Shown here: positions 39,799-51,734 of the stretch, piece after piece
Numbering within the stretch: position 1 is the first letter of the stretch
Layout: every line of letters begins with the position of its first letter
Assembly (NCBI RefSeq): GCF_001194135.2
Contig: NC_068997.1
Span: forward strand, 51,475,739-51,539,738
From: Octopus bimaculoides
Taxonomy: Eukaryota
DNA length: 64,000 nt
Direction of reading: 5' to 3'
The notes under the pieces: generated by a model
What the model saw: only the letters and a program-made list of their open reading frames with translations
Told to the model about the DNA's origin: nothing
Database searches by the model: none
Made by a program: the position numbers and the translations under genes

Positions 39799-40092
39799 GA
39801 GGTTTATGGCTCAGTGCTTAGAGCCTCGGGCTCACAATCATGAGGCAGTGAGTTCGATTCCCGGACCGTGCTGTGTGTTGTGTTCTTGAGCAAGACACTT
39901 TATTTCACGTTGCTGCACTTCATTCAGTTGTAGAAATGAGTTGTGACGCCACTGGTGCCAAGCTATATCAGCCTTTGTCTTTCTCTTGGATGACATCGGT
40001 GGCGTAGAGAGTGGGGGTGGGGGCTGGTATGCATCGGCGACTGCTGGTCTTCCATAAATAACCCTGTCCGGACTTGTGCCTCAGGGGGAAAT
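39799..40092 (+). mobile_element. SINE family C with a distinct tail
   Basis: TGGCTCAGTGCTTAGAGC A-box, GAGTTCGATTCCC B-box, TTGTGTTCTTGAGCAAGACACTTTATTTCACGTTGCT block, then unrelated tail ending CCGGACTTGTGCCTCAGGGGGAAAT. Confidence 0.8.
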
Positions 40093-40339
40093 GTCCTTGA
40101 TTGGTTAAAATTACCCAAATACAACTTTAACACGAAATAACTTCTAAAACAGAAAATTTTGTCAAAGATGTTAAGAATATACTCTGTTCTATGTGACACA
40201 TTCTACCAGTATCCGAAGTTTCAGAGTGGTTAGTTTAAAAAATTAATTAAAAAACCTCTCGGTCAGATTGAAAAGATCCCATAAATTCTAAATACAAATC
40301 TTGAAAATTTCAATAAATACAGGTACCCCTTCAAGTAAA

Positions 40340-40379
40340 CAAAATTTATATTTTTGTGGACCCCGGTTGGGAACCCCTG
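40340..40379. mobile_element. Possible right end of a hAT element
   Basis: GGACCCCGGTTGGGAACCCCTG, reverse complement CAGGGGTTCCCAACC, a typical hAT TIR; partner end not found. Confidence 0.4.
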
Positions 40380-40671
40380 AGCTAAATCAATTAACTATTT
40401 CATCCACCTCGGCGGCAGAATTTATAAGACAGGCGAAATTCCGCTAAGCATTTTGCTTGGCGGAATTTTATAAAATAAATCTTGATCGAAACATACAGAT
40501 ATTCTTTTTTCATTCCAAAAGTTAAGAGAACTACATTTGTCTTTTCTCTTCAGCAAACCTTTTCATTCTCCCCTTAAATCTAACGCTTTACATCTTCCCT
40601 GATCTTCCTTCCAAATTGCAACTATTCTCTTTGATGCTGCTTCTCTTCGTCTTCATCAAATATTTAACTTA

Positions 40672-40890
40672 TAGGGCGGCGAGTTAGCAGAATCGTTAGC
40701 GTACCAGGCAAAATGCTTAGCAGCATTTCGTCCGTCTTTACTTCTGAGTTCAAATTCCGCCGAGGTCGACTTTGCCTTTCATCCTTTCGGGGTCGATAAC
40801 ATAAATACCAGTTGAGCTCTGAGGTCGATGTAATAGACTGAACGCCTTCCCGAAATTTCTGGCCTTGTGCCAACAATTTGGAAGCATTAT
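40672..40890 (+). mobile_element. SINE family A, full length, tail T3
   Basis: GGCGGCGAGTTAGCAGAATCGTTAGC...GAGGTCGACTTTGCCTTTCATCCTTTCGGGGTCGAT...GGCCTTGTGCCAACAATTTGGAAGC. Confidence 0.92.
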
Positions 40891-40907
40891 CATTAGTAGC
40901 AATATCA

Positions 40908-41120
40908 TTAAGGCGGCGAGCTGGCAAAATCGTTAACACGCCAGGCAAAATGCTTAACGACATTTCGTCCGTCTTTACGCTATGAGTTCAATTTCAGCTG
41001 AAGTCGATATTTTTGTCATCGTTTTGTGGTCAATAAAATAACCACTGAGTACTGGGGTCGATCTAATCGGCTTATCCACTCCACCGAAACTGCTAGTCTC
41101 GTGCCAAAATCTAAATCCAA
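40908..41120 (+). mobile_element. SINE family A, tail T3, more diverged
   Basis: AAGGCGGCGAGCTGGCAAAATCGTT...ACTGGGGTCGATCTAATCGG...GTGCCAAAATCTAAATCC. Confidence 0.88.
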
Positions 41121-42129
41121 ATAATTAACTGAGAAACTCTTTCTAAATTACTGCCTCATTCATAATTTTAATCTCAGCTTTACTCAGAAACCACCTTCTG
41201 GATATTTCTCTCCCTGTACCACATATTTCGCGTTCTCTAGTTTATTTCCGACAATGATATCTGTTCAAACGTTCTTTTCACTTCTTTTGTTTTTTTCCCC
41301 CTCTTCTTCTGATTTATTTTCTTTCTTCTCAAAGATTTATGTTCTTGGAATTAAATAGGTTAAACTCTAAGTATTCACAGAAGGAAAATAAAAGATGGAA
41401 TTTCTCTGTTCTACCCACAACATCTGTAGACTTTTGGTATAACCTTGACCCAATTCCCTGCCAAAACCAATGCCAAACAAAGCAGAGATGCCTTTAATGC
41501 TCATTTTACTGGCTAGAAATAACAGCCAAATCTCTGTGAAATCGAACTCAACATCGAAAAGGCATCGTCGTTAAAACAAATGCTGTACTTTTCTGTATTT
41601 ATTTTGGTACCTTCCAAAATGAAGTCAAATATCGCCAAAATCTACTTCTTTCGTACTTCTGGGGCCAGTAAATGAAGTAGCAGTCTCTTGAAGTGAACAA
41701 GTAGAACGGTCAGTGTGTTGCACAAGAAGCCTTGCTCTGACTCTTCATGTTTTGAGTTCAAACCCTCCTATGACGTATTTAAGCGGTAGATTTAACCCAT
41801 CGCCATATTTAGCACCTCTGCCTGGCATCTTGGGCGCCTTGAATGCAGAACAAAATGTCGCAGATTCAGCTCTGGTCTTCGAACGAGAACTAAACAAATC
41901 CTTAGAGACGTCGACTCCCATTCCAGTATTCTGAACCGCATGTGTCTTTACCTCTCGTCACCTATATCATAGCCCCAACAGGCTCCACGATGGTCACGAT
42001 GGCCAATTACTTCTGCTGTCGAAGACAGAACTCTTGAAATTACCTTGTTGCCATCGAGGGAAACGGGATAGTAATGGAATCAGTTTGACCGGACTGAGAC
42101 AATCTGTACAGACCATTGTACAGTTATTC

Positions 42130-42320
42130 TATGAAATCGCAAGAATTTGAAATATGAAAGATGTAAAATTGGTGCATTGGGAACTGTAAGCAAAGATATA
42201 GACAAATGGTTGAAGGAGGCTGGAATAGAATGTCCTGTAGAGCTTCTACAGAAAGTTTGACCCTTATGGACAGGAAAGATTTTCAGGAGGGTTCTAAGCA
42301 GTTCAAAGATTATTGAAAGC
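42130..42320 (+). mobile_element. R4/Dong-like (restriction-like endonuclease) non-LTR retrotransposon C-terminal fragment
   Basis: YEIARI*NMKDVK, frameshift, IGALGTVSKDIDKWLKEAGIECPVELLQKV*PLWTGKIFRRVLS; IGALG...LQK....T..I.R.VL is characteristic of this clade's C-terminus. Confidence 0.72.
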
Positions 42321-42508
42321 TAGTGAAATCGACCAGCTTCTCGACCCACTCCTCATAGCCAACAGTATATTCTCTGACCCTGTGCCTATTGTAGAAGAAA
42401 AAAGGGTCATTTGTTATTCAGTTTTGATGTGGACAATAGTGATGATAATATTGAGGCTGAGGATGAAAATGCCGATGATGATGATAATAAAGAAGGGGGG
42501 AACAAGGA

Positions 42509-42698
42509 GGAGAAAGAGGAGAGGATGAGGACGGTGGTGGAGAAAGAGGAGAGGATGAGGACGGTGGTGGAGAAAGAGGAGAGGATGAGGACGGTGGTNN
42601 NNNNNNNNAGGATGAGGACGGTGGTGGAGAAAGAGGAGAGGATGAGGACGGTGGTGGAGAAAGAGGAGAGGATGAGGACGGTGGTGGAGAAAGAGGAG
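42509..42698. repeat. 30-bp perfect minisatellite (GGAGAAAGAGGAGAGGATGAGGACGGTGGT)n
   Basis: At least 6 units, interrupted by a 10-N placeholder at 42599-42608, so the true copy number is unknown. Confidence 0.95.
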
Positions 42699-43263
42699 GT
42701 GGTAGGGGAGGAGGTAGAGGACAACGATGACGATGAGAATGAGGACGAGGGGGACCCGGGAGAGATGAGTAGGAGGAGAAGGTGTAGGTGGTGAGAGAAA
42801 GTGGAGGAGGGGGTAGGAGGAGAGGGTGAGGATGAGGAGAGGAAGAAGAGGCAGAACGAGATTAAAGACGACGACGACGACGACGATGAGAACGGGGAAA
42901 AGCGAAGGGGATGATGACAACGAGAGCGAGGTTGATTGTGCTGCTGGAAAAGAGGTTAAAAACCCCCGAAATATAAAGGAAGTGATAATATGGTAGATAT
43001 AGGGTATTGGATGCGATAGGGTTCCACCACACAGAGTCAAACTGTCAACACGTCTATACAGGGCGGCTAATAAATATTTATAATATTCACTTAAACGTGT
43101 AAACATACAGACTAACTTTGTGCCACTGACAAACCGCACAGAGTCAAAATATTAAGTAAATATGTATGAACGGGTGTGTGACAGTGTGTACCTGTGTATG
43201 TGTGTGCATATATACATACATACATACATACATACACATATATATATACACATTTTTTTATAA

Positions 43264-43435
43264 TTTTACTAGTTTCAGTCATCTGACTGCGGCCATGCTG
43301 GAGCACCGCCTTAAAAGATTTATTCTTCGTAAGTCTAGTACTTATTCTATCGGTTAGTTTGGCCGAACCGCTAAGTTAAGGGTTACGGAGGCGCAAATAG
43401 AACAACATCGATTGTCAAGCGACGGAGTGGCATTG
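43264..43435 (-). mobile_element. Family E short retroelement fragment
   Basis: AGTTTCAGTCATCTGACTGCGGCCATGCTGGAGCACCGCCTT...AGTACTTATTCTATCGG...GCCGAACCGCTAAGTTA. Confidence 0.75.
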
Positions 43436-43643
43436 AAACAATTGTAACTAATAACAAAATTATTCTAAATTCATCGTTATATGTATAAATATATATAATA
43501 TTTATGACTACTAGGAGGTTTCATTCAAGTTGTAAATTCCTCTGATGGGTAATTCCATGTTTGCTCCACTGGATGGTAACGTAGAACATAACTGAGGGCT
43601 ACCACGGTATCCGCCCGGATAATATATTCCCTCTAAACTCGCA

Positions 43644-43695
<52 letters not shown>

Positions 43696-45280
43696 TATAT
43701 ATATTTTGATACACACATATATACTCGCATGCACACACCTATCAATCAATCAATCATTCTATATATAGGGTGACAGCTCTAGCCAGTGATGTGTATAAAT
43801 TTCTTACGGGTCCGAATTTGCCTCATGCATATTTGAACTGATAACAATTCCGTGTGTGTGTGTGTGTGTGCATAAAATATGTCATTATGTGTGTCATACG
43901 TGTAAATAAATACTAGAGTTTTACAGAAATTAATGAAATGTTTCCTGGTAAAAGGAGCCCAATGTATTGTGACTGACAGGGACCACTTATTACGCACAAA
44001 ATCCTTTCGTGGCGTCTTTCAAGGCACCGTTTAGGGCTCACTTATCTTCGTTAAGTAAAAAAATATAAAAACGTCATCAAACCTAATAAATTATCATAGA
44101 AAATAATTGCAAACAACTTCAATTTTTAAGAAAGGCATCAGCGTACTAGGTGACTGTTCATAACTCCATTCAGTGTACCAGGGAAAAAAATATGCTGCTA
44201 GATAAGAAAAGATTTAAGCTGAAAGACTTTGACAATATGCTAGAAATCTATCATTCGCTTTGAAGACAAACGAATAAAAGGATATACTATAAACGTTATA
44301 TTCTCTTTCTTTAGGAAAGTCTCCCATGGCATCAAATGATATCAGACACTTTGATGTGACAGTCAACATAAACGCAAGCATGGCGTCCGGAGTGAAAATA
44401 CAGTCGACATGGCCAGCAGGATTGCCATTGGATGTATAGGCCTTTCCGGTCTAAAGAGCTAGAAACTGTGTTACTTCTTGTCACCTATATTTGTCACCTA
44501 CAAAATTATCGATCTCACATTACTTAAACACATAATGGCTGTAATAATTCTGTTGTTAAGATTGTTTGCTCAGTTCAACATTAATACCAAAACCAATCAA
44601 CGTAGTAAAAGAGAAAAAAAAAAATGAAAAGGCTTAATCAGGTATTAATGGCGGTGAAGTAGGTTTCGGGTAGCAGCAACTGATGCGAGCAATACTGGTC
44701 CTAACATCGGCTCTATGTATGTATGTATGTATGTATGTATGTATGTATGTATGTATGCATGCATCCAAGCATGTATGTACATATATACGTATATATGTAC
44801 GCGTGTCATTATTCAGTTTAATTTCAAAAAGGAACAACATAAACACACGCATTTATATATACATACATATACGTATTTGTGTGTGTGTGTGTGTGTGTGT
44901 GTATANNNNNNNNNNNNNNNNNNNNNNNNNNNNNNNNNNNNNNNNNNNNNNNNNNNNNNNNNNNNNNNNNNNNNNNNNNNNNNNNNNNNNNNNNNNNNNN
45001 NNNNNNNNNNNNNNNNNNNNNNNNNNNNNNNNNNNNNNNNNNNNNNNNNNNNNNNNNNNNNNNNNNNNNNNNNNNNNNNNNNNNNNNNNNNNNNNNNNNN
45101 NNNNNNNNNNNNNNNNNNNNNNNNNNNTGTCAAAAATATTTTTGTTTCAAAATAATATATATATATATATATCAATATCTATGTATTTATTGTATATATA
45201 TATGCATATATGTGTGTGTGTGTTTATGTTTCTCGCCCTCTTTGTACACATATGTATATATTTATATACATATATGTGTG

Positions 45281-45321
<41 letters not shown>

Positions 45322-45339
45322 TTGTATACNNNNNNNNNN

Positions 45340-45383
<44 letters not shown>

Positions 45384-45669
45384 TCTATGTATGTACATTT
45401 ATATGTGTGAGTGTGTGCGTGTGTTTATAAATACATATATATACAAACATATATAAAATAACAGTTATAAACACACAGACAGACATAATCAGTAGAACAA
45501 AATAAAAAAACAAAACAAAACAAAACAACATACAAACATGTTATTTACTGTGAGAGGGAACATTTACAGGGGAACATTTACAATTCCATTTATTTCAACA
45601 GAAGACAGAAATATTCTTCACCTAGAGAGCTTCAGAAACGTTTATACGTAATTCTACATAGTTTAAGCC

Positions 45670-46225
45670 ATTACCATAGCCATACCATACCATCACCACC
45701 ACCACCACCACCACCAGCATCACAACCACCTCTTAGACCACCACCGCCATCACAACAACGAAGAGGACCCCCATCACCATCACCACAATAACAGCAACCA
45801 CCACCACCAACAACAACAACACTAACATTATCACCTTCACCGCCACTGCCTTCACTATGAGACCACAACCTCCATCACAACCACCATCTCCACCAGCACC
45901 ATACCACCACCACCACCACCACAATCACTTCCATTGTCTCCCCTTCCAACCATCACCGCCCACTACCATCATTGCCCACACCATCAGCTCAACCACCACC
46001 ACCACCACCACCACAGCAGCAACCAACGCCACCACCACCACTACCATACCACCACCACAGCAACAACAACCAACACATAACAACCAACACCGCCACCACC
46101 ATCACCACCATCACAACAACAACCAACCACCACTACCATCTCCACCATCACCACCACCACAACAACCACCACCACCACCACCACCAACAGCTACCACCAC
46201 CCCCACCAGCCACCACCCCACCATA
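45670..46225. repeat. (CCA/CAC/CAA)n trinucleotide-rich low-complexity tract
   Basis: Direct inspection; produces P/H/T/Q-rich pseudo-ORFs. Confidence 0.9.
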
Positions 46226-46820
46226 TGTAGATACCCAAACAGCACCCTATCTAATTAAATGTTAACAGACCTTTTTTTTCCCTTTCTTCCCAGTCATCCA
46301 CCTACTCACGTTTCTTTCTCCCTCACTTCTTTTTTCCACTTTTTTTTTTTTTTCATAACTCAGAGAAAGGGACGTTGACCCAGAATCATCGCTTCCCCCC
46401 TTTCGCTGCTGCTGCTTCTTTCCACAATTCTTTCCTCAATTGTCTTCAGAATTGGTGATTCTTATTCTTTGAATGTTTCTCCTCTTAGGTTTAACAAATT
46501 CGTGTTCTATGCTACATTAGTTTTGTTGCTGTTGTTGTTCTCCTCCTCCTCCTTTTTTGTGAATTACTTTTTCATCTTTGATAAAGTTTAAGCGTTCGTT
46601 TCTTGCTATTATTTATTTGCTTATTTAATGGTTATATTCTAAATACTTCTTATCTATCCATCTCTCTATCTTTCCGTCCATTCATCCATCTAAAGTCACT
46701 CGCTATCTCTTTGACATATCTATTTACATTTTCATCTATCTATCTATCCAGCCATCCATCCATCTTTCTATCTTTCTTTCTGGTCCATCTATCTATCTGG
46801 TTCATTTATCTATCCGTCTC

Positions 46821-46960
46821 TCTGTTTGTCTATCTGGTCTGTTTGTCTATCTGGTCTGTTTGTCTATCTGGTCTGTTTGTCTATCTGGTCTGTTTGTCTA
46901 TCTGGTCTGTTTATCTATCTGTCTCTCTGTTTGTCTATCTGGTCTGTTTGTCTGGTCTGT
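46821..46960. repeat. 17-bp minisatellite (TCTGTTTGTCTATCTGG)n inside a (TCTA)n-derived tract
   Basis: About 8 units, mostly exact. Confidence 0.9.
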
Positions 46961-47047
46961 CGATTTATGTATTCGTCCGTCTCTCTGTCTACCTATCTGT
47001 CTGACATCTATCTATATCTGTATGTATGCATGTTTTTCACACACACA

Positions 47048-47078
<31 letters not shown>

Positions 47079-47084
47079 GCAGCC

Positions 47085-47243
47085 GCAGACGTAGCAGTTT
47101 GGTAAAAAGTGTTCATCCCATCCACATCGTTCCAGTTTCGGTTCCACAGCGTGACTCCCTTCGACAGGAGTCTACAACTATAGCCTCGAGCTGACCTAAG
47201 CTTTTCGACTGGATTTGGTAGACGGAAACAGAGAAACCAGTCA
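47085..47243 (+). mobile_element. SINE family D, old copy
   Basis: CTATAGCCTCGAGCTGACCTAAGC...TGGATTTGGTAGACGGAAAC matches the family D 3' half. Confidence 0.72.
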
Positions 47244-47918
47244 TATAAAACAAAGAATTGGCAGGATAAAACATGCCACAATTGCTTAACTGTGGGGTTA
47301 GACAAGAGCATGTCTGCACCATAATCGCTAGCTATGCCTGTTCTAAATGAGAATCTTGGTGACGTAGTTAGAAACCGCAAACCGTATATTATTTTTCGGC
47401 TGTGAAAGAGTGCACTCTGGGTGTGCAGATCACTAAGGACACAGTTTGGAATTCGGTTTCGAATCTCTTGCTAATTCAACCACCCAGAAACACCAATATA
47501 ATCTTATCTCATCTTTAGATCTTTTTGAAATAAAATTCTCTATTAATTTCCTGAGTAAATCATTTTTTTTTTACAAAATTCTACGTACTCAAAAGCAGGC
47601 ACACATACACTCATAGAAATGCATCCCCACACAAACATACACACACGCAGGCGCATATATATGTGTGTGTGTACCGGCATGTATGTATGTATGTATGTAT
47701 ACATATATATATGTGTGTGTTTGGATATATGTATATATACACACACATATTTATATATGTATATATATATATATATATATGTGTGTGTTTGATACGTCTA
47801 TGTAACATATGAAATATATATTAAATCTCTCCCTCTAAGGATATATATATGTGTATATGCATATATGCATAATGTATGCTTTATATATATATACATGTGT
47901 ATATATCTACCTCTCTCG

Positions 47919-47950
<32 letters not shown>

Positions 47951-48054
47951 TTAATATATATGTATATAAGTGTACATACATACAGGCGCACACATATATA
48001 CATGAATATAAAAACAACAACAATAAATAATAAAGATAATAATGATAACTGTGG

Positions 48055-48085
<31 letters not shown>

Positions 48086-48652
48086 GATAATAATAACAAC
48101 AACAACATCAACGAAAACAACGAGTACAACAGTAAGAAGAAGAACAACAACTATAAGGACAATAACAATGTTGAAATATAAAACCCAATTGAAACATCTG
48201 GAAAACGATTTTGAATATAATATTTCATTGTATATATTTATATTGTTTCATATATTACATATCCTATGTTTATCTTCGTCTCATGTATTCACCTCGTTAC
48301 TGATCTCACGATGAATTTCCATCTACAGTATTGTTATCAATGTTAGGAAGCAATAACCGCCATTTTAATGTAGATGAACATAGGTATTCCCTAGTACTTT
48401 CGCTAATTTTTTCGTGTTATTTGCTTTGAAATCCAGAAGAAACCGATCATTTCGTCAGGAAATGTTCACATGAGAAATGAAGAAAATAGCTATATGTTAT
48501 ATCATAAATCTACTTTAAAAATATTTTCAACGTAACAAATATATATATCTTGTAGAATATTCTACACACACAAATACAAGCATACCTATCTACCTATGTA
48601 TGTATGCATCTGCCTACCTGTGTGTCTCTCTCTATCTTATTAGACATACATA

Positions 48653-48691
<39 letters not shown>

Positions 48692-48932
48692 TACGTACAA
48701 GCACTCAATAGATATGAGTGTGTGTAAGTGNNNNNNNNNNNNNNNNNNNNNNNNNNNNNNNNNNNNNNNNNNNNNNNNNNNNNNNNNNNNNNNNNNNNNN
48801 NNNNNNNNNNNNNNNNNNNNNNNNNNNNNNNNNNNNNNNNNNNNNNNNNNNNNNNNNNNNNNNNNNNNNNNNNNNNNNNNNNNNNNNNNNNNNNNNNNNN
48901 NNNNNNNNNNNNATATATATATATATATATAT

Positions 48933-49070
48933 GTGTATGTAAATATATAAAAACAAAAGATAAAGAGAGCAAAGGTAAGGTTGAAGAATTGTATGAATAG
49001 AGTCTTACAGCTGTTTCAACCTTAGCTTTGCTCTCTTTATCTTTTTGTTTTTATATATTTACATATACAC
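48933..49070. mobile_element. Fold-back element, about 55-bp inverted arms with 29-nt loop
   Basis: 48933-48985 versus reverse complement of 49015-49070: 3 differences (one substitution, two small indels). Confidence 0.82.
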
Positions 49071-49782
49071 ACGCTAGCTAATACACGACTTATAATACCC
49101 AATCCTATTCATACAACGACTGGGGCAAACTAATCGGTATACAGCACTTACTCGGTATTACCTGTATCCTCCGGGGTTTGGTTAAATCCAATACCCTCCT
49201 CAACCTTATATATATATGTAAATATATAGTTTTTGGGAAAGAAACAAGGTTCTTTTATATATACTGATATATATTGTCATTTGCGTGCTAGATATAACCT
49301 GCTCCTCGATATAACACCTGCAGATCAAGTGCCTTTACGTGCAGTACGTTCTTTTGTAAACATTTAAGCGACGTGTTCAGGCTGAAGATAATGTCATTAC
49401 ACCAGAATTAGAGGCCCGGGTAGGATCAGAGAGCTGGCACTTCATCTTCTGACAAAAAGATTTAAAACATATCTATGTATTTTGTATAGAAACGAATTTC
49501 ATATCCCTGTTTGTATGCCCAGGTGCAGAATAAACATGTGCTTATTTAGTAAAAGACGCATTTCGCTTTAGTGTTAACGGAGCAATTTATGCTCAAGTCA
49601 GTAAAGCATTAGACACATTAGGTCAACGGGATCTATTGTTGAACAACAACTTTTTTTGTGGAAGTCGGTTATCAGGTACAAATGAGAAAGCAAGTGGACC
49701 ATACCATCTCATGAAAGTCGTTCTAATAGATTATCAATCACAGAAAGCAAATCTCCAATTCAAACATGTCAATATATAAAGC

Positions 49783-50000
49783 AAGGCGGCGAGCTGGCAG
49801 AGTGGTTAGCACGTCGGGCGAAATGCTTAGCAGTATTTCGTCTGTCTTTACGTTCTGAGTTCAAATTCCACAGAGGTCGACTTTGTCTTTCATCTTTTCG
49901 TGTTCGATAAATTAAGCAGCAGTTGCGTACTGGGGTCGATCTAATCGACTGGCCCCTTCCCCCAAACTTTCGGACCTTGTGCCTAGCGTAGAAAAGAATA
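49783..50000 (+). mobile_element. SINE family A, full length, tail T1
   Basis: AAGGCGGCGAGCTGGCAGAGTGGTTAGC...GAGTTCAAATTCC...GGACCTTGTGCCTAGCGTAGAAAAGAATA. Confidence 0.93.
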
Positions 50001-50057
50001 TACATTGTTTACGTGATTCGTGAGAAACATTCTCCATAATACCGATAATTGACGGAT

Positions 50058-50104
50058 GAGAATATATGACCCTGATGAGTCTTTAGGAAGACGAAGGTAT
50101 TCTC
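50058..50104 (+). ncRNA. Decayed hammerhead ribozyme-like motif (probably inactive)
   Basis: GAGAATATATGACC CTGATGA GTCTT-TAGG-AAGAC GAA GGT ATTCTC: canonical core and perfect 5-bp stem II, but GAAA, stem III and the cleavage site are disrupted. Confidence 0.5.
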
Positions 50105-51167
50105 AGAGGATTTTTCTTTTCTCTTCAGCGTATAATGATTCTGTTATGTGTAGTGTTGCAGACGATATTTTAAAATTTGACTAAATATCAGTTTCTTATG
50201 CTATTAAACATGTATATGACTTTCATACACCCAATTATTCAAAACAACATTTAATTTTGCTAACATATCTTCCTTTCTCTCTCTCTCTCATTTCCCCTTT
50301 CTCTCTCCTTTACACACACACACATAGAGAGAGAGAGAGAGGGGAGGAGATCATTACACTGTCCATCATATAATCATTATTAATTTTTTTTAGGTTCCCT
50401 CTCTATTAAAAATAGATTGAAATCTCTGCTGGCTGTTTTGTCGGTTGGTTTTGTTATTCGCTTCGTTATTTGTTATTTGCTTGGGTGGGTGGGTGAGGGT
50501 AGGTAGGCGGTTGGCTGGTTGGTTGGTTGGTACATTGGAGTGAGAAGAGTTTGGTAGAAAGTGTTAGATTAGGAACTGACAAGGAACCAGATGTGATGGT
50601 TTTATTTGTAGATCATCATCATCATCATCATTGTAATCACCATCATTGTCTCACTCGTCATATGGGAATGCTCTGCAATATGTATTTATTTATTTATTTA
50701 TTTATTTATGTACTTGTGGTTGTAAAAACACAAAACAGTTTATACGAATGTTTGTTCCTGCAGGGAGAGAGCGTACTTAAGGGAACCAAAAAAGAAATAC
50801 GAAAGAAAGAATAGAAAAGAAAATTCGGTAAATAATGAGGAATGATGCAAAGAAGAGTGTAAGAGAATTAGGTAACAATTTTGAATTAAGGGGCGAAAAA
50901 GAAAAACAACAAAAGACAAAAAGTACCAAAAGGACTCCAGCTTTTCAGAGAGAAAATTTAGGGCAACAAGCAAAGACGAAAAGAGGGCAACAAATATGTG
51001 AGTGCGAGGGAAAGAGGTGGTTGGCTGGAAGAAGATGGAGTAGTTGAGTTTAGTTTTAAGGGGAGACGGGAGAGAAGGGAGATGTCGTTGTTTTCGGTAC
51101 AGCAGCGTGGGTGTTTTTTTTTTAAAGGGGCGAGGATGTTGACTAAATATATGTGTATATATGTATA

Positions 51168-51465
51168 GTGAAAGCGCGTGGCTTAGTGGTTAGGGCGTTC
51201 GAACCACGATTGTAAGGTCGTGAGTTCAATTCCCGGCGACGCGTTGTGTCCTTGAGCAAGACACTTTATTCCAAGTTGCTCCAGTCCACTCACCTGGCAG
51301 CAATGAGTTGTACCTGTAATTCAAAGGGGTCAGCCTTGTCACACTGTGTCACGCTGAATCTCCATGAGAACAACGTTAGAGGTACACGTGTCTGTGGAGT
51401 GATCAGCCACTTGTACCTTAATTTCACGAGCAAGCTGTTCAGTTGATCGGTCAGCTGGGACCCTG
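51168..51465 (+). mobile_element. SINE with family C head/body and family B tail
   Basis: GCGTGGCTTAGTGGTTAGGG...GAGTTCAATTCCC...GTTGTGTCCTTGAGCAAGACACTTT, then CTGTAATTCAAAGGG.TCAGCCTTGTCACACTGTGTCACGCTGAAT as in family B. Confidence 0.9.
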
Positions 51466-51532
51466 GTATATATATATATATATATATACACATGTATGTA
51501 CATATACATATATAGAGAAGCACTCCGTCGGT

Positions 51533-51734
51533 TGGAAGGTGTTTATAAGTGTTTATTCAGCTTAGAAAGAGCTTATAAGCCATTTAAAAACACACAAAAA
51601 CCGTTAGATTCACTTCAGCATTCAAATTTATTTTGTCAAAATATTTTCGTCACTTTGAGACCGCGACCTGTTCCCTGACAAAATTCCATGCTGCATCTCG
51701 GAGATGTTTTCAAATGGCTTATAAACACCTTCCA
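51533..51734. mobile_element. Fold-back element, 30-bp inverted arms, inner 9-bp stem with hammerhead-like architecture
   Basis: TGGAAGGTGTTTATAAG[30-nt insert]CCATTTAAAAACA versus TGTTTTCAAATGGCTTATAAACACCTTCCA; inner ATTTTGTCA (51630-51638) / TGACAAAAT (51676-51684). Confidence 0.75.

Noticed and set aside
42411-42794. 127-aa acidic ORF with RMRTVVEKEE repeats, and overlapping minus ORFs
   Set aside because: Product of a 30-bp minisatellite (multiple of 3) and GA/GAT-rich sequence; contains a 10-N placeholder; no domain or splice support
45857-46265. Pro/His/Gln/Thr-rich ORFs
   Set aside because: Stop-free because (CCA/CAA)n lacks stops in several frames at once; no recognisable domain
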